Origin: Psilocybe cubensis
Lineage: Eukaryota
Length of the DNA: 64,000 bases
Assembly: GCA_017499595.2 (NCBI GenBank)
Contig: CM039002.1
Coordinates: 3,410,001-3,474,000 of the forward strand
Direction of reading: 5' to 3'
Shown in pieces: positions 52,444 to 64,000 of the stretch. The notes under the pieces were generated by a model. The model did not search any database. It had not been told where the DNA came from and saw only the letters and a list, made by a program, of their open reading frames with translations. The stretch's first letter is position 1; every line of letters begins with the position of its first letter. The position numbers were made by a program, and so were the translations under genes.

Positions 52444-54372
52444 ATGTCTGCAAGCATTGAAGACTATTCTTATGAGAAGAAGTTGAGCGAGAAGTCGGGG
52501 AGCGAGATCGTCCACACACAATCCGTGGACGATAATATCACCTTCCACGATGATGACAGTATCCCAGAACGCCGCCAGATTGGCTTGTTCTCGGCTGTCT
52601 TCATTATTTTCAATCGCATCATTGGTACTGGGTACGTGGACTATTTTCAAAATTCCATTTGTCACCTCACTAATTACATTGCTTCAAGAGTGTTCGCTAC
52701 GCCTAGTTCTATTCTGACGCTTAGTGGAAGTGTTGGGCTTTCATTGTACGCTTAACTTTCGCCTTGCTTGTTATATGACCTGATTTTCGTTTTAGATTCA
52801 TGTGGGTTATTGGTGCCATTATTGCTGCTGCTGGAATGCAAGTATACATCGTGTGGGGATCGGTGCGCATAGCTTCTAGTTAACGTTTTATTCTTGGAAT
52901 CTAACAATCGTTGAATAGGCTGTTCCTAAAAATGGAGGCGAGAAGAACTACCTGGAATACCTGTTCCGCAAACCCAAGTTCCTCATCACGTCGATCTTCT
53001 CCGCCAATGCCCTTCTCCTGGCATGGGCAGCCGGAAACTCGCTCGTCTTCGGAGAATACATTCTCCTTGCCGCCAATGTTGAGCCTACTCGGTGGACACT
53101 CCGACTCGTGGGCTTCGCCTGTATCACCTTCTCCGTTCTTCTACATGGAACTGCACTGAAGTGGGGTCTGCGACTTCAAAACGTCCTTGGAATCTTCAAA
53201 ATTCTCGTCTTGGTATTTATCATCATCACGGGTTTCGTCGCTTTGGGTGGCCACATGAAGATCGAGAAACCTGACAATTTCACAAACGCCTTCGAGGGTA
53301 CCACAGCCAGTGCCAGCTCGTTTTGCTTGAGCTTGTACAATGTATGTTTTCTTGGTTTATATCTATCTTTATGCACTGTCTGATATGTATCGTGCGATAG
53401 GTTATCTGGTCGTACATTGGATTTTCCAATGTGAACTATGCCCTCGCTGAGGTTAAGAATCCTAAGCGTGTAGTTCGTATCGCCGGCCCACTCGCCATTG
53501 GTGTCGTCACTGTTCTTTACCTCCTTGCCAACATTGCATATTTCGCTGGTGCGACCAAGGAAGAAATTACAAGTTCAGGTCGACTGGTCGCTGCTTTGCT
53601 TTTCAAGAATGTCTATGGCGAGAAGGCACAGCGTGCCCTTTCAGTGTTCGTTGCTCTCTCAGCTCTTGGCAATGTTTTGTCTGTTGTATGTCTTCCTTTT
53701 TTTCGTCAAGTGTTTACACAGCCTAAATATGGTCTTTTTTTAGTCTTTCTCTCAAGGTCGCGTCAACCAGGAGCTCGGTCGCGAGGGTATCCTCCCTTTC
53801 AGCAAGGTTTGGGGATCCAACAAACCATTCAATGCCCCTCTCGCCGGTCTCGCTTTGCGTAAGTTCTCATCTACAACTCTTCACACAATACCGGAAACTA
53901 ATGCACGCATTCGCTCATAGACTGGGTCATCTGTCTGATTGTCATCTTCGCCCTTCCACCCGGGGACGCCTACAACTTTGTGCTCAACGTCATCTCATAC
54001 CCCCTCTCCGTCATCAACGCCGCCATCTCCTTCGGTCTCATCTACCTCGCCTTCCGTCCTTACCCTGACTGGCCCCTTTCTTCTATTCCCTCGCTCATCG
54101 CCGCATTTTTCTTCGGCGCTGTCAATGTCTTCCTATTCATCGTTCCCCTCCTCCGCCCGCCACCCATCGCCGAACCATACAAGTCCCTTCCTTACTGGAC
54201 TCATGCCGTTGCCGGCTGGGCTGTGTTTGGAATTGGAGCGCTGTACTATTTGGTTTGGGCGAAGATTGTACCTGCCATTGGTGGCTACAAGCTCATCCGG
54301 GTGGAGCAGACAGGAAAGGACGGATTGAAGAGACACGTCTTCACCACCATTCAAAAGCCTAAGAGCGCGTAA
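52444..54372 (+). CDS. MUP1: APC-family amino-acid permease, high-affinity methionine permease (Mup1)-like
   Basis: FNRIIGTG|VFATPSSI, VPKNGGEKNYLEY, NYALAEVKNP, SALGNVLSV, RVNQELGREGILPFS; many TM segments. Confidence 0.88.
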
Positions 54373-55149
54373 GCGTTCTATCTATTGCATGGTCATATTT
54401 ATTCTCGTGTTAGGGAGGAGGAGGATGAGAGAGAGAGAGGATGTCGCGGACGCAGAAAAAAAGAGAGGCTGTTTCGTTTCCAGGAATACCCTTTCATCCC
54501 ACTACGACTGACAGTGTGCTCGGTCTGTATTATTCTATCACACTTATAATCACCAACTACCATTATGCCCTTACAACTCTCGCCACCTATCGTCATGACC
54601 CCCGTTCGCTTTTCAGGCGTATTTCGTTCAGCTTCTTTTGGGATGGGGTAGTTTTACTCCAATTGCAGGAAATTTTCCTCTTGTACTTGTATCGGATTTT
54701 TGTTGATTTAGATTGTATATCATGCATACCTTTTTTTAATCAATACTGTTCGTCTTAAGTGAATTCCAGTGCGAGGACTTCTGGATCAAGTTTCAAACCA
54801 GTTTCCAATTACATTGCCATGAAGATAGGATACGCGCATTTGTATGTTCACTAATGCCCCACGTACTGACGGTATATTTGAGTAAACGTCAACTAGCGCA
54901 AATGCTAGCTATAGCGGAGGGGGAGGCCTTGCGGCGCAAAGTCATACAACGCCATAAATGGCTTCACGTGCAAGATACGCGTGCTAAACGCGTTTCTGAA
55001 TAGGAGCACCTTCCTAATTCAGCCGACAATGCAGCCCACTATTGGTCCCGTCACGGCCCATCAAAATAACATATGACTGCGTCACGCTGAACTGGTACTT
55101 ATAGGGCACTTGGTTCATTTCCAACTCTCTATCATCCACTTCCCCCATC

Positions 55150-57863
55150 ATGAGTCCCCGTCGTAATCCCAAGCGTAATGCCCGCGAAGCTTTTAATAAG
55201 GATACAGACGTTGAAAAAAGCATCGTGAGTGGAATGAACGAGGGCCATGGGAAGGCACAAAAGCCCGATGAAAGCGAGCAAGAAAACATAGTACCACCCT
55301 CAAGAGCAACGAAGAAGCGACGCGTCAAGGAGGTAGGCAGCGTGGATGTATGTCAAATCTTTCGGAAAATTTAAGCTAAAGGATTGCGAAGATGCAGGCC
55401 GAATCTTCATCTGCCATAATCACGGCAAATGATACTGCACCTGAAAAGCCTTGTGATATAGAGTTGCCTAGGGCACAGCTGGGCTCAATGCCCGACGAAC
55501 TCTTGTGCGAAGTGGGTGTAGCGATTTGATATAAGCCGTCGAAAACGTTTATTAACAGGGCCTATAGATTTTCAGTTACACTCTGCCGCTTGACCTCCTT
55601 CAGTTATCACACACGTGCAAGAGCTTTCGCTCATTCCTTATGCACACTTCGGCTCGTTTTATCTGGAAGAGCGCGCGGTTAAATGTCCCTGTACCCGGAC
55701 TCCCAGATTGCCCAGAGGACTTGAACGAAGCACAATACGCAGCTCTTGTATTCGCACCCAATTGCCAGGTATGTACTCTATTCGATCATTTTCGGATGCC
55801 TCTCATTCAGATGTCACATTGCTCTACAGTTTTGCTTCAAGAAACCAGTCAACCGTAACTTCGGGGAGTATGTTACGTCAAATATCATGACAGACTTTTA
55901 TGCTCGAATTAAGAGTTGCATACCTTGTTTGCGCAACAAGTAGGATATATCTACGTTTTTCTGTCAGTTTCTCACTGATATACAACTCCAGGAAAATATT
56001 CTTCCCCTGGAAGAGAGGCCAAGGACCGTGGTGGAATGGGCCTTATCCTAGAACGATGGCGCCGTATCTGCCCTTTGTCGCCGCCCCCAAGGGTACATGT
56101 AAGTTGATCTTCTTTTTTAGTTCGTATTATGAGACTGAAATATCATTCAGATAACGCTAGGATAACCTATAAGATTCTACACCTTCCGACCAACGATGCT
56201 TGGGCGGAAGAGTACAGAAACGCGAAGTCAAAGGCAAAATGGGTCGAAGATAAGACCCGAGCCCGGAAACTTGCCTATGTGGTAAGTGTTCTCAGCCTCT
56301 ATTCGCTAAGATGAAGCTGATGAGCTGGTCTGTACTCAACTTTAGCATTCTGAGCGTTGCAAAGTCTTTATGGTGGAATGGAATAAACATTTAGTAAATG
56401 AAAGAAAGGCAGTGTATGTATTCTCACTCTGTAACTATACGTACCAATGTTTAACCCATCCACAGCGTCGCCAAGTATGTTGAATCTCTGGGTTGGGAGG
56501 AGGAGTTCTTGAAGAACTGGAACCCAAAATTGCTCATACAAAACGACCCCGAGCTGCAGATAATATTTCAAGTCGATATATCCCAAGAATGTATGTGTGC
56601 ACACCGATATTTTGATGGTGCAACTGTTTTGACGAATGCGATATGCGACCACTGGTATAGGGCTCGACAATACTCGTGATTGGTTCAACCTCAGGATGAG
56701 CAAATTGAAGATCGAACGACTCGACCAAGAACGCGAGAATAGGGTCATCAAGGCCTACATAGTTCTTGACGATGTACTCAAGAACTTTGCGCTGGACCTC
56801 CCTCCCAATGCCCTCGTCCCTCAAGTACCCGACATTATTGGATATCCAGCCATCCAGGATATAATTCATGAAAACCAATTCAACGACAATTTATCGGCCA
56901 AGGACTTTGAACCGTTACGGTCAGTCTTTCCCAGTATTGTGGCTCAATCTCTACAGGAGAGAGAAGAGAAACTACTTGCAATAATTGCGAAAGAACTGGG
57001 GGAGGGCATGTTTGATCCAAAAACCATACTGCATCTTGCTACTACTACTTTCCATTGCGAAATTTGTCATGAGGACATATTGCAATATCCCCGTGTCCTT
57101 GTTCACAGGCATGCCTACGAATGTCGCCATCCCCTCCAGAGGAAGTTTGGTACTGACCACATAGACGAGGTGATATTACAAAACAGTGTTTATCGTATCT
57201 TCAGCTGGGGAAAATCCGGAAGCATCACATTCCGGAAAGAAGATGTCAATACGATGTCAGAGACTCTGAAAATGCTGGGATATGATCCCAAGACTACGAC
57301 CCGAGCGGAAATGGATGCTGCAGACCCCATTCTTGAATGTGAAGGGTGTATAACAACATGCTTGAGGTCATCTAATGTAGGGTATCAACGTATGATGAGA
57401 TGGTCTGCTGTTGTAAGCGCAAACATATCCTTTTCTGAGCTTGTTGATTCCAACCCCCATACATTTACAGGCGACGCATGGTGATCCTAGAAGCACATAC
57501 CACTGCCGTTTCTCTTCAGCAAGAAAAAATCCAATGAAGTTAGCGAAAGTTGACGAGGAAACGGCGAAGACAGTACGATCCAAATTACTGCAGGCCATCA
57601 ACAAATTTGACAACCCTCATAATGCCCTCACCTATGGTTACCTTATGTGCTCGCGCTGCAGGAAGTGGGGAGACATGGTGACCTTGTCCACCCACCTCAA
57701 AGATGTGTACGTGTTGCGGTACTACCTCAAATGACCTTATGACTAAATTAGATTGGTTATTTTCAGACACATGATCGACAGTCCGACAGAGGATGACATA
57801 GTACTCCGCCTTGACGGTGACGCGCCTCAAATTTGTAACATGACCGTCGACCTCAGCGATTGA
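55150..57863 (+). CDS. F-box domain protein (expanded Agaricomycete family), multi-exon
   Basis: MPDELLCE|IFSYTLPLDLLQLSHTCKSFRSFLM...IWKSAR..VPGLPDCPEDLNEAQYAALVF (F-box plus family motif); C-terminal CxxC pairs; stop TGA 57863. Confidence 0.88.
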
Positions 57864-58833
57864 TTCTGCAGAACACATACCGGTTCAGTTGCTCAATGAT
57901 GGGGGAAAATCCTTGAAAGATTTCTTGACTTTCAACCCAACCAAGTTCTCTACCTCTTTCACACCATGCGCATCGAACATTGTAGTTACATATCATCTAG
58001 GCTATGAACCTTGTATATACGAATACATGTACACATCATGTGAATAAATAATCATGCAATGCCTCTCCATGCATTACATTATTGCTCCATCGCACCGCAA
58101 AATCTCAACGATGGTCCGACTTTAAGTTTTGGATTTGAAAGGTTGCAGAAGAGGTTAAGTACAATTATTGATACAGCGAAAAATATCATTACGAATCGTA
58201 AACGACCGTCAAAAAAAATACCACAGATATATACAACAGCAAAGTCGTGGAGTCAAAAAAAAAAAAGAAGACAAGCTACAGTGGGGTTATATCAGTGACC
58301 GGGTAATATCGTAATATCACATTTACTACTAAGAAACCAGGAAACTTCAAAAGAAAATCGAATGCGAACGAAAGAGAGCACGACTCTGGAAACTACTAAT
58401 ATGCTTGAATCTATATATGATGGGGGGAGTGTGGATTTCGTACGAATAAAGCGTCCCACTGGTATTCTGCGAATGTTATGCGTGTCGACAAAGGCGAGAA
58501 AAGTGAAAAGGAAAAAAAGAGCAATTGGAAAGCAGTCCAAGGATTGGGAGCAAAGGCGCGTTATTGACGGTGATTAAGGAGAAAAGAGTTAGTAAATGGA
58601 GGTTTTGTGAAAATGGGAAGGATTCAGTCATTTGTATATCGAAGTTTGGAAGTAGAACGAAAGAAGGAAGAGGGGATTATGACGAGTTTTAAGCGTAGGT
58701 TAAGGAGCTGATATGGTTTGAACTCTGGCAAAATCCACAATTCGAAGAGACAAAAACCTGATTGAGACCACATTAGACCACAAGCTAACCGTCAAAGAAA
58801 AACAGACTCACGTTTTGGGAAAAAAGGGTATTT

Positions 58834-61800
58834 TCAATTTCTTCCTCCACCTTGAGCAGCAGGGGCATACGTCGCACCTCCCTCCGTATTACCTGCATAC
58901 GGCCGTTCAGGTCCCTTGTTCTCGACGATAGGAATCGGATTAGCATTCGCGTCCGGCATAGGCAAGTGCAACGGTGCACTAGCACCAGGCGCGCTCATCC
59001 TCCTCCGCCTGCGCTCCGAAAGACTCGCCACGACACGATCCGGATGGCTCATCGTCGACAGCTGGTTCTTGGGAGCCGGTAGGTGAGTTGACTCGCCCGC
59101 ATTGGGCGTTCCCCATCCGATAAGCTGTCGATCCTTTGCACCGTCAACATTTCCCTCTGTAAAGCCCAAGAATGCACGCTTGGAATTGGCTGGTCCGAGC
59201 GTCTGTGATGGGAGACGCTTGAAGGAAGGCCGGCCCGAGTCCTGGTCGTTTGAGCTCCCACCGTCAGAGTCCTCAACAGCGACTGAAGACCCCCTAGATT
59301 GGGCAATGGATGGACTCGTGCTGTCCTCTTTCTTCACCGCAAATGAGACCCGACCGGGTGGAGCTGAAGGAGGGACATGCTGCTGCTGTTGACCTGTTGA
59401 CCCCGACGCAGCCGTATTATTCGAAGAGTTTCCAAAAGCATTCGCTAGCGACGACGAAATCGAGGTGGTCGGTGGATCCACAGCACTTCGCGGTCTCGCC
59501 CCGTACTGAAGAACAAAGTGGATATTATATCAGTACAGGGGCCTTGAAAAAAAAAAAAAACCAAGAAAAAATAGGCATACATTATTCGGAGCGTTCCCTC
59601 TACCTCTGAAAGGCTTCCTAATCTGCAGATTCAGATTGGTAGGTGCCTTCCTCGCCAGCACCGCAGCCTCATACGACCTCAGATCCTCATGGTCCCCATG
59701 GAGCGTCGTGCGCATAGACGACGTGGGCCCCATCTTCCTATCTCTCTCCGACTCTCCCGCATTAACATTAGCACCCGTTTGTTGCTGCTGCTGCTGCTGA
59801 TGGTCTTTCTCTGAATAAAAATGATCTCTTTCCATCACCGGCGTCTTAACACTAGGCATCGACGCAACCCTCTGCCTCCTATACGGCGTTGTCGTACCCT
59901 TAGACGACGTCCCCCCTTGCACATCTCCCATGCCCAGCACAGGCCCGGGCCCACTGAGTGGCGTGCGCATGTACTGCTTCCAAAACTCCCTCAGCTCCCT
60001 CGTGTCCGTATCCCTCGAAGGCGTCTGCAGCTTCGTGTCCAGCGGGAGCTGCAACAGCCCACCCGCCGACGACTCCTGCTTCATCGGCATCGGCGTGTCC
60101 ATATCCTGGCCCAACAACCGCGCCTGCGCCTGCGCCTGCGCCTGCTGATTATGCGCGTGCTCCGGGTCCGAGAAGAACGGCTGGCCATCGACGGCAAGCC
60201 CCGCGATGACATTCGGGTCGTCGAGCGACATGAGCCCAAAGGCGGATGAAAACTCTAGACGATGTACGAGCGCAAGTGTTCAGCCGGTGCGAAGGGCGTC
60301 CGATAACATGCGAAAGTACCTTGTCGTTCGTCATGCGACGACGGCGCGTAACCCCCTGTGGAGGACCCGCCTCCATCGCCGAAGCTGCCCCCTCTCGAGT
60401 GATGTGGCTGGTGCGACGATGACGAGGAGGACGTCGATGCTGTACTGGGTCTGTCTGGGATCAACCCGAGGTTGTATCCCGCCTACAGATCATAATAAAC
60501 ATCGTCAATACAAGTCATTCATTTGGGACGGTGTGAAGAGAGAAATAAACGATGATAAAGTCAACACAACAAGCAATGACAAAATGTCGAAAAGAAAATA
60601 AGACAACACGAAGAAAAAAAAGGTAAGATGAATGCAACGCTTGAAACGGCAGCAGATGAAATGCTACCGACATCAAAAGTCGCACTCCACTCGTAAATTA
60701 AAACAGAGACAATTGAAAAGAGAGAATAAGCGAAGGTAGAAAGATTGCAAATGCATCACCATCATCATCATGATCATAACGCCGGCCTCCAAAAAATCGC
60801 CAAAGAAAAAATAAAATAGAAAACGAAACAAGACTAGTTGATCGTCGCTCGCTTCCTTCCGGAATTCACGACAACAGGATGAACTTTGAGAACAAAAATG
60901 AAACAAATCAAAAGAGAGAGAAGAACGAAGAAGATTGGAGATCATGAAAACCCAGTGGTGCAATCATAATGAACCGAAGCCCATTAATGAACAGAAAAGC
61001 GAACGAATGAATGAATGCATAGCCTCGAATCCACAGTGCGCAGCTGAACCATCCATTCCATTCCGTCCCACATCGCGGGATCACGAGTCCAACAGAGAGT
61101 CGGCACCCATAGAACTTCACTACACCACTGTGACACCACAACCTAACACCCGTCCATTTAAAAAACCGCCAACCAAAACCAAAACCAATCAAAACCCCCA
61201 AAGATCGGCGCCCGAAATAGAACACACATAAAAGAAAAAAACGGGGGATCTACTCCAATGGGGCACACGAACATTGCTTTTTTTGTTTTATGAAAGAAAA
61301 AAAGAAAAGAAGGGGGTTGGGGGGGTTGGGGGGGTTTGGTTACCACTGCCTCCGCGATCCCGCATAAACATAAACATAAGAGTAGAAAATAGAAAAAGTC
61401 ATATAGAGAATAGGAGGACATGGGATACAAGGGTAGACAGCTGGCAACGGCAACGCGCCTTTGGACCTGCCCGACCCATCCGAACCGCCAGTCCGACGCC
61501 CACCCGTCCTCCTTCCTTCCGCCGACGCGTGTATATCAAAGATAAACACAGCACATCACAGTAATCATTCCGAAGGAGCGGGAGTACGGAAAACAAAAAA
61601 AAATTAAACAAACAAGGTTAAAGATAAAAACACAAAAAGGGTCAACCCCAAAGGACACTTCCTGTTCTCGCGGAACGGAGGTCAGGCGTCCAGACTTCCA
61701 GACGCATACAGGCGTCATGAGTCTTGCGACTGACTGGGACTGGGACGAAAAAGCACACCACCTGACCATAACATATCTGGTCAACGGAGGTCTCTCCACG

Positions 61801-64000
61801 TCGTTTCATGATGCATTCCACCGTCCCCATTTCCCCACTTTACTCCAACAGTCACAGTCGCCAGCGCGCAGGGAAGAACCCAAAGGTAAACAAAACACAT
61901 AGAAGCAGAGGGAAAAGAAGCTGCAAGTCAACAAAGAACAAAACGGGGGTGATGAGGGAGAAACAACAGGAAAAAGTCTGGAAATCTGTAAGTTGGGACA
62001 TAGATAGAATGATCGTCCCATTCCATACATAGTATTGGCACGGTCTCCACACCCCGCACCCTACATCCTGAAGCAACCATAGGAGTTGCACCCCAGTCGC
62101 ATAGGTGAATGATAGCAGAAGCAAGAAGCAAGACGCGAAGACGCAAAGATGCGAGTTGCAAAGACGAAGATAGAGAAATTGAATGCACCAACGCCGACTG
62201 GATAGGAGTGGATCCATCCAGTGCATCCCGTTCCGTTTCGTACGGGATAATCTACCTTCCTCTGCTCTCCCAAAATCACCCCAAAAAACCAAGGAAAATA
62301 ATTAAAACAAAAGACAACAGAAATCCTCCAAAACCAACGAATTGCACTTTTGAAATCACAAAAGAAGATAATAAACAAATAAAATGACAATCACAAATGA
62401 ACGAACCAAGAAGAAAAAAATGCACAAAGAAAATTTTTTTAAAAAAATTCAAAAACAAACACTCACATCAAACAACGCCTGCTGGTGCTGGTGCTGCCTT
62501 TGTTGCTGTTGCTGCTGCTGATGTTGCCTTTGCTCGTTCTGGTGCTGGTGCTGGTGATGCCTCTGCTGGTGCTGCTGGTGCTGCTGAATCTGACTCTGCC
62601 CAAGTCCATGCTGCTGCTGCTGCTGCTGTTGATGCTGTAACAACCCGCCCATTCCACCCACACCCCCAACACCCACACCCACGCCAACGCCAACGCCAAG
62701 CGGCAAATGCACACTCGAACTAGCCGCACTACTCTGCACCGACCTCCTCGCACCCACACTCGCACTTCCGTCCCTCTCTCCATCACCATCACTCACACTC
62801 CCACCACTAAACCGCTCATAATCATAATCATACTCATACTCGCCCATCCCACCAGCACCACCACCACCAGCAACAGAAGAAGAAGACTGTGTCCCTCCAA
62901 AATCGCTCGTAAAATCAATCGACCGTCTTCTACCCGCATCCGCGTCGCCTCCCACGCCCACACCCACGCTGGCGCCTGCACCACCACTGGTACTAGTACC
63001 ACTAGCAGACGGCCCGACGCCCGAATCAGACCGCGCACCAGGGTACGGAATCGCCATCGGCATGTAATGCGGCGGAGGCGGCTGTTGTTGTTGCTGTTGT
63101 TGGAGTAGATGTTTATCTATACCAAAATAAATCAAGTAAAGTGAAATGAAGTAGACAAAGGAAGTGAGGAATATAAAATGTGAGGCGGGCGGTGATGATG
63201 GTTGAGTTGATGCACAGAGCGAAATGATGATGTCGGATGAAACAGAGCACACATGTAGACCAGAGAGAGAGAGAAACGGAGAAACAGAGTGTCGAGAGCG
63301 ATGAGAGACCAGACGAGTTAAAAATGGGCGAGAACAGGATTCGGTTGATTAATGAAAATCGTGCGTCGCAACATGAAAAAATGGCGAGGAAAAAAAACGA
63401 GACACGAGGATAGCGGAAAGTGAATAGCGAATATTAAAGAGTGCGAGAGCGTACACAGCGTCGTATCATATAAAAACACAACCGCCCGGCGGGAGAGAAC
63501 GAAAAGACGTGATGAGTTGCAACGGACGATATGGGAGGGGTATGTGCATGGACATGTGGCATGGGACATAGCAAATAAAAAAAAAGCAAAAACGAGAACA
63601 TTTAGCGCTACGTATACCTAACACTAGGAAAATAAAAATGATTACCGTGCATCGCAGAGGCGCCAGAGGATGCAGGGATCATATCCGTGTGACGCCCATG
63701 CTCTTGATGGTGCTGCTGCTGATGGTGGCCGTGGTACCCATCGCCCTGCTGCTGCTGGGGCGCGCTGTCCCACCCCAGCCAACCAGCTGCCCCTGTACTC
63801 GCGGACGCCCCGCCTCTAGGGTCATACAGAGGAGTGAGTCCGGTACCGAGCCCCGACCTGCCAGGCCCAAACAACTCCGCCTGCGCCTGCGCACGGTACT
63901 TGGACGCATAGTCCACTGGGTCAGCGCCGCCAAGCGATGGCTGCGGGTCTGTAGGATACAGCGCGGGAAACGCGAACGAGTTTGAGTTGTACAGAGTCTC
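58834..64000 (-). CDS. 3' portion of a large polyQ/Ser/Gly-rich regulator, probably a transcription factor; 5' end and any DNA-binding domain lie outside the window
   Basis: In-frame exons >64000-63646, 63116-62467, 60482-~60320, ~60254-59581, 59505-58834. Ordered islands FSSAFGLMSLDDPNVIAGL, ELREFWKQYMRTPLSG, DLRSYEAAVLARK and RPSFKRLPSQTLGP lie between low-complexity tracts. They recall, from memory and unverified, basidiomycete Usv1/NsdC-type C2H2 factors. Confidence 0.75.

Noticed and set aside
60673-62458. Phe/Leu-rich or Lys-rich ORFs that look like membrane or basic proteins
   Set aside because: Compositional artefacts of the U-rich intron; no motifs
1-64000. tRNA, rRNA, snoRNA, telomeric repeats, and MSDIN- or KEX2-repeat RiPP precursors
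   Set aside because: None recognised by eye; tRNAscan-SE and Infernal would be needed to exclude them formally

Overview
Intron-rich eukaryotic DNA, most consistent with a mushroom-forming basidiomycete (Agaricomycetes). Evidence: ~50-60 nt GT-AG introns, Zn2Cys6, DUF6533/DUF6534-type and F-box genes, and a trichodiene-synthase-like cyclase. The species cannot be determined. About 21 spliced genes were reconstructed by hand; exon boundaries are my reading, not RNA-validated. In order: 5' end of an adenosine-deaminase-like (ADAL) gene missed by the ORF track, class-III aminotransferase, AlkB dioxygenase, Pro-rich protein, POP4, Zn2Cys6 transcription factor, trichodiene-synthase-like terpene cyclase, ~2070-aa low-complexity AT-hook protein, isochorismatase-fold protein, small His/Cys protein, two tandem DUF6534-type membrane proteins, ERV41, DUF6533-type membrane protein, GFA/Mss4-like protein, F-box-like protein, M36 fungalysin, phytase-like esterase, MUP1-like permease, F-box protein, and the 3' part of a polyQ regulator. 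The clearest non-genic signal is a 229-bp fold-back MITE with CACTG termini and an ATA target-site duplication. Other oddities are a diverged ~260-bp tandem duplication rich in splice donors in a gene-poor interval, a ~2-kb intron, a 6-nt microexon, a GC-AG intron and a Cys-to-Ser catalytic change. I saw no tRNA, rRNA or CRISPR. No novel multi-gene system is demonstrable from sequence alone; the clustering ideas below are hypotheses.
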